Assembly (NCBI GenBank): GCA_947626055.1
Contig: CANQQP010000003.1
Coordinates: 1-54,153, forward strand
From: an uncultured Bacilli bacterium
Lineage (GTDB): Bacteria; Bacillota_I; Bacilli_A; RF39; UBA660
Length of the DNA stretch: 54,153 bases
Reading direction: 5' to 3'
The position numbers and the translations under genes are program-made. Below, piece by piece: positions 10,719 through 20,454 of this stretch. Position 1 is the first letter of the stretch. Every line of letters begins with the position of its first letter. The notes below the pieces were generated by a model, which did not search any database, was not told the DNA's origin, and saw only the letters and a list, made by a program, of their open reading frames with translations.

Positions 10719-11759
10719 TTAAGAAATACTTAACTCTTGATTTTCCGGTTGAATTTGAATATAGGTATTACCATCATTAACTTTGATTTCTTGCCCATTT
10801 TCATCTTTATAAATAGTTTTACTACTACGAGATGATTTTTCCCAAGTAATAGGGATGGCATAACCATTAGTAATGTAGTAACCACTACCACTACCTACAG
10901 TATCTATATCTTGTCTACCTTTATCATCAATAGTTTGATTAGCTAATTTATAAGTAATTATATTTTTAGCTGTGTATTGTTTTTTCGTCACATAATCGAC
11001 ATGTTCTTCCCCATTGACATATCTTTTATAAACTTTATTTTCTGCATCATAAACATAACTAGTCTTGGCATAGTTAGAATAAGGAATTTCAATGTTATTA
11101 GCAACTTGGGCCGTTTCTTTAGAACTTAAGTCAATGTTATCAACATTGTAATTTAATAAGGTAGACTGCTTGGAAGTACTGCGATATTCTAAATGGGAAA
11201 TGGCTTTTTTAATAAGTTCCATAGATGTATAACCAGTATGTTCACTAGATACTCTTAAACTTTTATCACGAAAGAAATACGTACCTTCGTAAGTTAATCC
11301 ATTTAGGTTATTAACCCCTAAAGTTTTGATATCACTTTGCGCTTGAGGAGACCAACCCCAATGGACATAGACCGCATCATTTTCTAAAGCATAATCTAAA
11401 AAATAATGACGTGCACTACGAACAGAACCAATTTTTTCGGTATTTTGATCTTTGAACACCGCCATCATGCGGGTTATACCACCTTCAACTACGATTTCGT
11501 AAACTAAGTATGCATCATCTAAGCCACTATGGTATGGACGCGCTTGATTATGATTATTAATCATAACGGCAATTGGTCTTTCATTAGAATCTTCATTGAT
11601 AATATTTAATTTCTTCACAGGTTCTTTTACTTTTTTAACTTTATTAATGATTTCATCATTTTTAAAAAGATAGAAATACGCAAAAAAACCAACTAAGCAT
11701 AACAATAAAATAGCAATTATGGTAATAAATATCTTTTTCTTCTTTTTTCTTTTCTTCAT
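10719..11759 (-). CDS. DUF3048 (YerB-like) protein
   Basis: RPIAVMINN, EGGITR, GSVRSARHYF; start likely MKKRKK at 11759. Confidence 0.88.
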   Translation of the reverse strand: MKKRKKKKKIFITIIAILLLCLVGFFAYFYLFKNDEIINKVKKVKEPVKKLNIINEDSNERPIAVMINNHNQARPYHSGLDDAYLVYEIVVEGGITRMMAVFKDQNTEKIGSVRSARHYFLDYALENDAVYVHWGWSPQAQSDIKTLGVNNLNGLTYEGTYFFRDKSLRVSSEHTGYTSMELIKKAISHLEYRSTSKQSTLLNYNVDNIDLSSKETAQVANNIEIPYSNYAKTSYVYDAENKVYKRYVNGEEHVDYVTKKQYTAKNIITYKLANQTIDDKGRQDIDTVGSGSGYYITNGYAIPITWEKSSRSSKTIYKDENGQEIKVNDGNTYIQIQPENQELSIS

Positions 11760-11845
11760 GAGTAACACACTTTCTACTATAACAAGTTTATCAAATTGGT
11801 CTCTTAAAGTCCATAAAAAAAATATTAAAAGCAATTTAATATTTT

Positions 11846-12283
11846 TTAATAATTCTCAAGATTTCGTCTTTGTTCTCTTTCTAGATCTTTTTTCTTTAAA
11901 CTTTCTCTTTTATCGTAAAGCTTTTTTCCTTTAGCTACGCCAATTAATAATTTCGCATAATTTTTTTTGAAATAAAGTTTTAAAGGAATTAAACTATATC
12001 CATCTTGCGTAATAGCTTCCTTGATTTTTTTAATTTCTTTTTTATGCAAAAGCAGTTTTCTTTCTCTTCTTTCTTCATGATTAAAGATATTACCTTGTTC
12101 ATATTTAGCAATGTACATGTTAATAACATATACTTCTTCGTTTTTAAGGCGAGCAAAACTATCTTTAAGATTTACAGAGCCATTACGAATCGCTTTGATT
12201 TCCGTACCTTTAAGTTCAATCCCGGCTTCGTACTCTTTAATGATTTCATAGTCAAAATAAGCTTTTTTATTTTTTATTTCCAT
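11846..12283 (-). CDS. smpB: SsrA-binding protein SmpB
   Basis: NKKAYFDY, EAGIELKGTEIK, RKLLLHKKEI, GKKLYDKR. Confidence 0.97.
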   Translation of the reverse strand: MEIKNKKAYFDYEIIKEYEAGIELKGTEIKAIRNGSVNLKDSFARLKNEEVYVINMYIAKYEQGNIFNHEERRERKLLLHKKEIKKIKEAITQDGYSLIPLKLYFKKNYAKLLIGVAKGKKLYDKRESLKKKDLEREQRRNLENY

Positions 12284-14381
12284 CTTGTTTGTCCTCTACT
12301 ATTTCAAAATCAACTTGGGAAGCTTCTTTACTAGCTCCGATACATTTTACTCTAATTGTATCTCCTAAACGATAAGTTTTTTTGGTAGACTTTCCGACCA
12401 TCGCTAAAAGTTCCGGAACATAATTGAAGTAGTCGCCTTTTAAAGATTTAACGTGAACTAAGCCTTCGACTAAATTAGGTAACTCGACAAACATGCCAAA
12501 ATTAGTAATCGTATTGATAAAGCCCTCATATTCCTGTCCAATATGATCTTCCATATATTCGGCCATTTTCATATCGTTTACTTCTCTTTCGGCATCCACC
12601 GCTGCTCGTTCTCTTTCCGAAGAATGCTCGGCAATTTCGACTAAGGATGATTCTAAGTTGGCAATGGTCGTCATACTCATATCTTTTTCAATTAAATATT
12701 TTTTTAATAAGCGATGAACCGTTAAGTCCGGAAAACGCCTAATAGGAGAAGTAAAATGGGTATAAGTAGGACTAGCTAGACCAAAATGGCCAATATTATC
12801 TTTACTATAAATTGCTTTTTTCATACTTCTTAAAAGAATAGATGATAAGATAGGAAATTCTTTTTTATCTTTAAGTTGGTTTAAAATTAGTTGCATACCT
12901 TTGGGGGTTAGGTCATTTATTTTGCCTCCAATTTTATATCCTAATAAATGAACTAAAGTTAAAAATTCATCAATTTTATCACTATTAGGTTTATCATGAA
13001 CACGATAGATAAATGGTAAATTCATATTATAAATATGGGTAGCCACACATTCATTGGCAGCAATCATAAAGTCTTCAATTAAGTTTTCCCCTTCTTTTTG
13101 CTCCCTTTTTTTAATATCGATAGCTTTCCCAGTTTCATCTTGAATAATTTTCGCTTCCTCAGCTTCAAAATTGATGTAACCACGCTCATTTTTCTTTTTT
13201 CTTAAAATATGAGCAAATTCGTTCATTGCTAGTAAAGTATCTTTAAATTCTTCATAACCAGCAGGGGTTACATGATCAATTAAAATGGAATTAACATCAT
13301 CGTAATTCATCTTTTTGGCGGATTTAATATAACTTTCAAAAATATCATAATTTAAAAGTTTTCCTTGATTATCATATTCCATAACACAAGACATAGCTAA
13401 TCTAATAACCCCTTCATTTAAGGAGCAAATACCATTAGAAAGTTTATGAGGCAACATGGGAATTACGGTGTCAGCTAAATAAGAAGATGTCCCTCTATTA
13501 TAAGCATCATCTCCTAAAGCTGTATTTTCTTTAACATAATGCGAAACATCAGCAATGTGAACACCTAAAACATATAAATCGCCTTTTTTCTTTAAGGAAA
13601 TAGCATCATCAATATCTTTAGTGTCTTTGCCATCAATCGTAAATATAACTTCGCCAGTTAAATCGCGACGCCCCACAAGATCTTTGGGATCGACTTCATC
13701 GGGTAACTTTTCGACCTCGGCTAAGACTTCAGGCGTATACTTATCATAGATTTCATGTTTATAAGCAATGCTTAAAATATCGATACCTGGATCATCTTTA
13801 TGACCAAGGATACTTAAGACTTTACCGGCATATTTATTATGACCTAAATCTTTGGTAATTTCGACTAAGACTTTGTGTCCTTCTACACAATTATGAAGGG
13901 AATCTGGATCTAAAATAACGGTTATTTCCTTTTTAGTTTCATCTAACTTAAAACCTAAGCCCTCTTCAGTTTTAATTATTTCTCCCACTAAATTTTTTAA
14001 TTCTCTTTTAATTATTCTTAAGACTCTACCTTCTTTTTTCAAAGCCTTGTTAATAACTTCAATTAAAACAATATCTCCATCAATGGCTCCGTTTAAATTC
14101 TTCGCATCAATATAAATATCATCTTCTTTATCTAATATTAAAAAACCAAAACCTTTTTTATTAATAGCGACTTTCCCTACTTTAATACCTGGACAATTTT
14201 CTAAAAGAATATATTTATCTTTCTTAGTTTTATAAAGAAGACATTCTTGCACAAGATTTTCTAATTCTTCAGTTAATTCTTGATACTCTACGGTCGTTTT
14301 AAATCCCAACATATCATTGATTTCGATTGGGTCTAAAGCTTTGTGAATGTCTTTTAATGCTTCTATTATTTCCTCTTTCAT
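12267..14381 (-). CDS. rnr: Ribonuclease R
   Basis: TIDG.DTKDIDDA, YTHFTSPIRR, C-terminal S1 domain; secG-rnr-smpB synteny. Confidence 0.96.
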   Translation of the reverse strand: MKEEIIEALKDIHKALDPIEINDMLGFKTTVEYQELTEELENLVQECLLYKTKKDKYILLENCPGIKVGKVAINKKGFGFLILDKEDDIYIDAKNLNGAIDGDIVLIEVINKALKKEGRVLRIIKRELKNLVGEIIKTEEGLGFKLDETKKEITVILDPDSLHNCVEGHKVLVEITKDLGHNKYAGKVLSILGHKDDPGIDILSIAYKHEIYDKYTPEVLAEVEKLPDEVDPKDLVGRRDLTGEVIFTIDGKDTKDIDDAISLKKKGDLYVLGVHIADVSHYVKENTALGDDAYNRGTSSYLADTVIPMLPHKLSNGICSLNEGVIRLAMSCVMEYDNQGKLLNYDIFESYIKSAKKMNYDDVNSILIDHVTPAGYEEFKDTLLAMNEFAHILRKKKNERGYINFEAEEAKIIQDETGKAIDIKKREQKEGENLIEDFMIAANECVATHIYNMNLPFIYRVHDKPNSDKIDEFLTLVHLLGYKIGGKINDLTPKGMQLILNQLKDKKEFPILSSILLRSMKKAIYSKDNIGHFGLASPTYTHFTSPIRRFPDLTVHRLLKKYLIEKDMSMTTIANLESSLVEIAEHSSERERAAVDAEREVNDMKMAEYMEDHIGQEYEGFINTITNFGMFVELPNLVEGLVHVKSLKGDYFNYVPELLAMVGKSTKKTYRLGDTIRVKCIGASKEASQVDFEIVEDKQDGNKK

Positions 14382-14459
14382 ATAAGATCCCTCATTATTA
14401 TTTTAGCACTATAATTTTTTTCATGCATTAAAAAAGGAAGTTGGTTAACACTTCCTTTA

Positions 14460-14693
14460 TTATTTTAAAAATAAGATAAACGCTATAACAAAAAAGGCAA
14501 GACCTAGAGCCATAGTTAATCTAGTAATTAAAAGTTCTACACCACGTTCTTTTTGTTTTTGAAATAAGGTCGCATTACCTCCTGAGATAATTTGGCCCGC
14601 ATCACTAGCTTTATTACTTTGTAATAAGACAATCGCAATTAATATTACTGATATTATTAATAATATTGTTTCTAACATGTTATTCACATCCAT
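14460..14693 (-). CDS. secG: Preprotein translocase subunit SecG
   Basis: Two TMs, VLLQ..K, ISGG..LF.K.K.RG; synteny. Confidence 0.9.
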   Translation of the reverse strand: MDVNNMLETILLIISVILIAIVLLQSNKASDAGQIISGGNATLFQKQKERGVELLITRLTMALGLAFFVIAFILFLK

Positions 14694-14731
14694 TTCTCGT
14701 ATTTATAATTTATCATACGTCTTCAAAATTA

Positions 14732-15880
14732 TCAAGCTTTGTTTAAAACTAATGTTAAATTTTTATTTTTTAAAGGTAAAATAGGAATGCCTCTAACATA
14801 ACGTGTTAAAGCAGCATCTAAAGATTTAAATGTCACTGGTATTTCATTTTGGACAAGAAATTCATAAACATCATCAATCATATCTTGATTAATGACAATG
14901 CCATCAACTGTTCTTTTATAACTTTTAAAAACATCTAAAGCAACTGTAGGACTTTCATAATTTTCAGTTAAAGATGAATAATTCCAATTATTTTTTCTAT
15001 ATTTCAAAGATGCTTTATACCAAATCATATTAGGGCTTTCTAAAGTTATACAATAATAATCTAAAATTGTAAAATTAATATTTTGATTATCATAGTTAAT
15101 ACCATTCTGACAATAAGTAAGGATCTTTTCGGCAACAGCACTATATGCTTGGACACTTTCGTTTCTTTTTTCTTCTAACTTACATTTAGCTTGCTCAAAT
15201 AAAGGATAATCTAGAGCTTTTCCCCTTTTAATCATACTTTTTAAAGTATTTATGTTGACTTGATATAGTTCACAAATTTCTTCAAAAGAAAGATTACTAT
15301 TAATAATTAAATGCAGGATGCTACGTAACCCTTGTTCTTTAAAATTTTTTTCTTCCGGTTTAAGACTTACAACCTTTTCTTTAATTTTTACATATTGATT
15401 TAATATTCTTACGATATTTTGGTGATTAATCTCATATTTTAAGCAAGCTTTTAGAGCATTGTCACAATACTCAGCCAATATCTCATCACCACAAAGCATA
15501 ATTAACTGGCTTTTTTCTTTATCAATTTTTTTATTAATCTGCTCCAAATAAGTTTTTTGGCTATAGGAATTAAGAGCTAAAAAATTTATTTTTTTATCTT
15601 GTTTTAATATTTTAAATTGAATACTACTATATAATTGAATGTATTTTGCTAAACCATAAGCTATATTATCACATAATATTTCCGGTTTAACATTAAATAA
15701 AAGCTCTTTAAATTGTTTATGACATCTATCAATATGTTCTTTATCAATAATTTGCTCACTAGCTAATATCTTTTCATAAAACGTAAATATTTTTATGGCT
15801 ATTGGCCATGTTGCTTTTTTAACTTCCAAACTTACTTTTGGTCTTTGTAAATTTTTTACAATTAAATTTTTTTCATTCAT
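14732..15880 (-). CDS. Hypothetical protein
   Basis: 382-aa ORF with AGGGGG RBS; no recognised motif. Confidence 0.7.
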   Translation of the reverse strand: MNEKNLIVKNLQRPKVSLEVKKATWPIAIKIFTFYEKILASEQIIDKEHIDRCHKQFKELLFNVKPEILCDNIAYGLAKYIQLYSSIQFKILKQDKKINFLALNSYSQKTYLEQINKKIDKEKSQLIMLCGDEILAEYCDNALKACLKYEINHQNIVRILNQYVKIKEKVVSLKPEEKNFKEQGLRSILHLIINSNLSFEEICELYQVNINTLKSMIKRGKALDYPLFEQAKCKLEEKRNESVQAYSAVAEKILTYCQNGINYDNQNINFTILDYYCITLESPNMIWYKASLKYRKNNWNYSSLTENYESPTVALDVFKSYKRTVDGIVINQDMIDDVYEFLVQNEIPVTFKSLDAALTRYVRGIPILPLKNKNLTLVLNKA

Positions 15881-15938
15881 AAATTTTGCCCCCTAAAAAA
15901 ATCCTATATTAGGAATTTAATATAGGACGTATTATAAG

Positions 15939-17180
15939 TTATTTATTTTCGGATGTCAAATTTTCTTCGATACGTAATAAACGATTATATTTAGCAATGC
16001 GTTCACCGCGACATAAAGAACCGGTTTTAATGTAAGGAATACTTAATCCCACTGCTAAATCAGCAATAAAGGTATCTTCTGTTTCGCCACTACGATGGGA
16101 AATAATCATTTGATAATTATTTTTCTTCGCCAGCATTATAGTCTCAATCATTTCGGTAATAGTTCCAACTTGATTAGCTTTTAATAAAATCGCATTCCCC
16201 GCTTTTTCATTTATCGCTTTTTGTAAATATTCTTTATTCGTAACAAAATAATCATCCCCTACAAGTAAAATCTTATTTTGCATTAATCTCGTAAGTTCAC
16301 TTAAGTGAGCAAAGTCATCTTCATTAAAAGCATCTTCAATCGAAATAATAGGATACTCACTAACTAGTTTTTGATAGTATATCATTAATTCTTCCGGTGT
16401 TAATTCTCTTTTATCAATATGATATTTATTCGTCGTTTTATCATAGATTTCACTCGCAGCAACATCTAGAGCAATAAAAACATCTCTTTTAGGAGCATAG
16501 CCACTTTCAATAATCGCTTTAGTTATTAAGTCTAGGGCTTCTAAGTTAGTATTTAACTGAGGTGCAAAGCCACCTTCATCACCAACAGAAGTAATTTGTC
16601 CTTTTTCTTTTAGCAGTTTTTTTAATGTTGCAAATATCTCCGCCCCCGCACGCAAACGTTCTTTAAAACTTTTAACAACGGGCACAATCATAAATTCTTG
16701 AATTTCTAAACCGGAATCGGCGTGTTTACCACCATTAATGACATTCATCATCGGAATTGGTAAAGTTACTTGACCCGTTGAAACATATTCATATAATTCT
16801 TTATTTTCATTTAAAGCTCCCGCTTTTAAACAAGCTAAAGAAACAGCTAAGATTGCATTAGCACCTAAATTACTTTTATATTTAGTTCCATCTAAATTAA
16901 TTAGAGTCTGATCAATCTTCGCTTGATATAATTCTTGCCCTACTAAAGCCGGTTTTATTATGGTGTTAATATTATTAACAGCTTTTAAAACTCCTTTACC
17001 TTGATATCTATTTTTATCTAAATCTCTTAATTCTAAAGCTTCTTTAGATCCCGTAGAAGCACCCGAAGGAACTGAAGCTGTCGCTTTTAATCCATTATCT
17101 AAAATAACATCGGCTTCCACAGTGGGATTGCCGCGAGAATCTAATATTTCTCTTGCTCTAATATCTTTAATTACTGCCAT
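15939..17180 (-). CDS. eno: Enolase
   Basis: DSRGNPTVE, VPSGASTG, GDEGGFAP, SHRSGETED. Confidence 0.97.
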   Translation of the reverse strand: MAVIKDIRAREILDSRGNPTVEADVILDNGLKATASVPSGASTGSKEALELRDLDKNRYQGKGVLKAVNNINTIIKPALVGQELYQAKIDQTLINLDGTKYKSNLGANAILAVSLACLKAGALNENKELYEYVSTGQVTLPIPMMNVINGGKHADSGLEIQEFMIVPVVKSFKERLRAGAEIFATLKKLLKEKGQITSVGDEGGFAPQLNTNLEALDLITKAIIESGYAPKRDVFIALDVAASEIYDKTTNKYHIDKRELTPEELMIYYQKLVSEYPIISIEDAFNEDDFAHLSELTRLMQNKILLVGDDYFVTNKEYLQKAINEKAGNAILLKANQVGTITEMIETIMLAKKNNYQMIISHRSGETEDTFIADLAVGLSIPYIKTGSLCRGERIAKYNRLLRIEENLTSENK

Positions 17181-17256
17181 TTAATCACCCTTTTATCTAT
17201 ATTCTTAGTATACTCTAATTTAAATCTTTATTCAATAATTAGCACAAAAAAAGAGT

Positions 17257-17817
17257 TTATTTAATAAACTCAATTATTTCTTTAGAACGTTTTTTTACAA
17301 GTAACCAATGCATGATATCTAATATCGCATAAACTATGACAAAGATACCAACTACTTGGGTCATAACCATGGTACTTTTAAAAGGATTAAATATTAATAA
17401 AGCTCCCGATAATAAAGTTAAAATCCCAATAAATAAAAGCAATGTCCAAGTTTCCTCTTTATATTTTTTTAAAAATATTCCCGAATTAATTTTCATGATA
17501 CCATTAATAATCATCCAAATTCCTAAACCGATTGTCACAATTGAACTAATTGATAAAGGATTAAATATAATAGCAATCCCCGCAATAAGAGTAATAATTC
17601 CATATATTAATTCAAAACTAATGTATTTTACTTCTTTTTTAACTGTAAAATAATTGATAAGAGAAACTACTCCGGATACAAGGATTAATCCTCCGACAAA
17701 ATATCCAATTAAGGAATTGGCCATTTTCGGTTTAATAAATAAAAATATTCCAAAAGCTAAAAATAATAAAGCCGAAAACCATGAGCCATATATTAATTTA
17801 TTAATTTTTGATTTCAT
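17257..17817 (-). CDS. HdeD/DUF308 family membrane protein
   Basis: Six hydrophobic segments in two repeats with NP motifs. Confidence 0.75.
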   Translation of the reverse strand: MKSKINKLIYGSWFSALLFLAFGIFLFIKPKMANSLIGYFVGGLILVSGVVSLINYFTVKKEVKYISFELIYGIITLIAGIAIIFNPLSISSIVTIGLGIWMIINGIMKINSGIFLKKYKEETWTLLLFIGILTLLSGALLIFNPFKSTMVMTQVVGIFVIVYAILDIMHWLLVKKRSKEIIEFIK

Positions 17818-17920
17818 CTTTCCATCTCCTGGTTTTATTATAAATAATTTTCGTTAGTTTGACAATTGATTTTTACTATTACTTATGTTATTATACTCTA
17901 ATTTATGAAGGAGGATTCGT

Positions 17921-19153
17921 ATGTTAAAAGAGATAACAATGTTTGAATTTCAAGATTTTGCTCAAGATCATCCCTTAGCTAGTTTTTATCAAACTCCCAA
18001 TTATGCAATTTTTAAAAGTGAAGATGACTTTGATTATGATTATCTTGGTTATTATGAAAATAATCAATTAGTAGCAGCCACTTTAATGATTTATAAAAAT
18101 ATTACATTTACAAGTAAATATGCTTATGCTCCCCGCGGCTTTTTAATGGACTACCAAAATTTAAATCTATTACAAAATTTTACGAAGGAATTAAAAAAAT
18201 ATTTAAAAAAGAAAAAAATAGTTTTCTTAAAAATTGATCCTTTATTAATAATGCGAAAATACGATCCTACTACCAAAGCTCTAACTTATCAAGAAGCTAC
18301 TAATTATAAAAATATTTTTGAAGAGTTAGGCTATAAAAAACTAAAAGATAACTTATATTTTGAATCTTCCTTACCCCGTTTTGATGGCTATATTGATTTA
18401 AAAAAATATGAATTTTCTAACTTAAATAAAAACACCCGTAATAAAATTAACAATTCAATAAAAAAAGGTCTGGAATTAATACAAGGAACTCGAGAAGATT
18501 TAGAGATTATTTATAAATTTTTAGAAAAACAAAATAACTTTAATTTTAAACATTATAATGATTTATATAAAGCTTTTGCTAGTGATAATCTAATGGACTT
18601 ATTTTTAGTCAAAGTTGATTATGAACAATTTATGGCTAATGCCAAAAATGCTTATGAAAAAGAACTTGAAAAAAATAATATTTATAATGAAAAATTAAAA
18701 CAAAATCCTACCGAAAAAAATCTGCGTCAGAAAATGCTTTCGGATAAATTACTCGTTACTTATAAAAATGAAATCATGGCCGCCTCATCCAAGTATACTG
18801 ATAACGAATTACAAGAATATATCGCCGGCGCTTTAGTTATTAAAACAAAAGACACCGCCACGATAGTTTATAGCGGCTACGAAAAGAGATATCGTCATCT
18901 AAATGCTAATTATTTTTTACATAATGCTTTAATCAATTATTATAAAGATAATTACGATTATTTAGATTTAAATGGTCTTGCCGGGGACTTTACTCCTAAT
19001 AATCCTTATCATGGTTTAAATGAATTTAAATTAGGTTTTAAACCACTATTTTATGAATATATTGGTGAATTAGATTTAATTATTAATGATAAAGCTTATA
19101 ATAATTTATTACTTACCGGTAAATTACATCAAATATTTGACAAAAAAGCCTAA
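17921..19153 (+). CDS. FemAB/MurM-type peptidoglycan bridge peptidyltransferase
   Basis: FYQT, YAPRGF..DY, FLKIDP, GL..FK.GF, EYIGE.D motifs. Confidence 0.88.
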   Translation: MLKEITMFEFQDFAQDHPLASFYQTPNYAIFKSEDDFDYDYLGYYENNQLVAATLMIYKNITFTSKYAYAPRGFLMDYQNLNLLQNFTKELKKYLKKKKIVFLKIDPLLIMRKYDPTTKALTYQEATNYKNIFEELGYKKLKDNLYFESSLPRFDGYIDLKKYEFSNLNKNTRNKINNSIKKGLELIQGTREDLEIIYKFLEKQNNFNFKHYNDLYKAFASDNLMDLFLVKVDYEQFMANAKNAYEKELEKNNIYNEKLKQNPTEKNLRQKMLSDKLLVTYKNEIMAASSKYTDNELQEYIAGALVIKTKDTATIVYSGYEKRYRHLNANYFLHNALINYYKDNYDYLDLNGLAGDFTPNNPYHGLNEFKLGFKPLFYEYIGELDLIINDKAYNNLLLTGKLHQIFDKKA

Positions 19154-19155
19154 AG

Positions 19156-20136
19156 TTAATTCTTTAGGTTTTTACATGTCTCCAAACGATAATTTTTAAA
19201 TTCTTGATGTAAATCATTAATTCTTTTCGAAATATCATTAACAATCTTTATATAATCATTATGACCATGCGTAGTTAAAATAGCTACTAAGTAAGGATTT
19301 TCATCATAAACAATCCCAATATCATGAAAATATTCGTTATACTCCCCATATTTATGACCAACATCAACATCTAAGCCCGGATATTTTAAGGCATTTTCCT
19401 CGGCTTCTAACATAAAGCTTTTTAACTCACTACCTAACTCTTGATTATTTTCCATAAAATCATAAATATTTTGTAAATAAATAATGGCATCATCGGCGCT
19501 TATTTCTCCAAAATTATCCCCACCAACTAAAGTATGGGTAGCACCTAAAGAATTACCATAGCTTTTAAGAGTATTAAAGCCAATATAATTTAAAAGCATC
19601 CTATGCGCCGTATTATCGCTATAAATAATAGCATATTTAACTAAAGTTCTTAAACTTATCTCTTCCCCATAATTATGTTGACTCATTCCTTTACTAGCCC
19701 CTTCACGCAAGTTTGCACTATAAGTCATTGTTTCATCTAAACTTAACTCATTATTAGCAGCTTTGGTATAAATATACAAAGCGTCTAATAACTTAATGGT
19801 ACTAGCAGCATATAAAGCATTATCTGCTTTATATGCATAAGTAAATCCGGTTTTAAGATCTACATATTTAACACTCATTCGATAATTATTGTTTATATAT
19901 GTATCTAATTCACTTACATCAATTTCATTATTATAAGGAGCATTTAAACAAGCTTGATATTTCTTTTCTTTTTCTTCTTTCCCTTTATTTAATATATCAA
20001 TAGATTCAATCTTTTCTTTAACATCTTTAACAATTTTAAAATCTTTAAAATAATTATAAATTCCAGGAACAAAGTAAAAAAAAGTCCCAATAATTAAGAA
20101 AAAGAATAATATTTTAACCCAAGGCTTTAATCTCAT
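19156..20136 (-). CDS. Class A beta-lactamase-related serine hydrolase (PBP-like), membrane anchored
   Basis: SxxK (ASTIK), SDN, HKYG motifs; start likely MRLKPW at 20136. Confidence 0.85.
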   Translation of the reverse strand: MRLKPWVKILFFFLIIGTFFYFVPGIYNYFKDFKIVKDVKEKIESIDILNKGKEEKEKKYQACLNAPYNNEIDVSELDTYINNNYRMSVKYVDLKTGFTYAYKADNALYAASTIKLLDALYIYTKAANNELSLDETMTYSANLREGASKGMSQHNYGEEISLRTLVKYAIIYSDNTAHRMLLNYIGFNTLKSYGNSLGATHTLVGGDNFGEISADDAIIYLQNIYDFMENNQELGSELKSFMLEAEENALKYPGLDVDVGHKYGEYNEYFHDIGIVYDENPYLVAILTTHGHNDYIKIVNDISKRINDLHQEFKNYRLETCKNLKN

Positions 20137-20251
20137 ATAAATGCTTCTTTCTTTTGAATAAATATAGAATATCATATATTTATATTTCTTACAACTTGGT
20201 AATATGTTGTTTTACATTGTAAAAACAATGGTTTTCACCATTGTTAGAGTA

Positions 20252-20296
20252 CCGTTAAAGCCGTTAGCATTATTAGTATTTGAATTGTTAGGCGAC
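20252..20296 (-). repeat. DGR template-repeat-like segment (core), non-coding
   Basis: Minus strand GTCGCCTAACAATTCAAATACTAATAATGCTAACGGCTTTAACGG aligns ungapped to 20577-20621; AAC/AAT-rich; 9 of 11 mismatches at adenines of this copy. Confidence 0.8.
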
Positions 20297-20426
20297 GAGA
20301 AAAAGCACGCACTGTTTTATATTTATCCCTATATAAACTTCTGTTTATACCTTTTTTATTTTGTTTATTCGGACCAAACTTTGACTAAAGCATTGTTTGG
20401 ACATCTCTTCGTTTTTGTTTACACTC

Positions 20427-20454
20427 TTGTAATAAGCCTATTGGCTTATTACAA
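20427..20454. other. Perfect 12-bp inverted repeat with 4-nt loop overlapping stop codon of DGR target-like gene
   Basis: TTGTAATAAGCC-TATT-GGCTTATTACAA. Confidence 0.85.

Noticed and set aside
19156-20136. Beta-lactam resistance gene
   Set aside because: SxxK/SDN/KxG motifs indicate the widespread class A-related serine hydrolase family; the sequence alone does not show resistance function.
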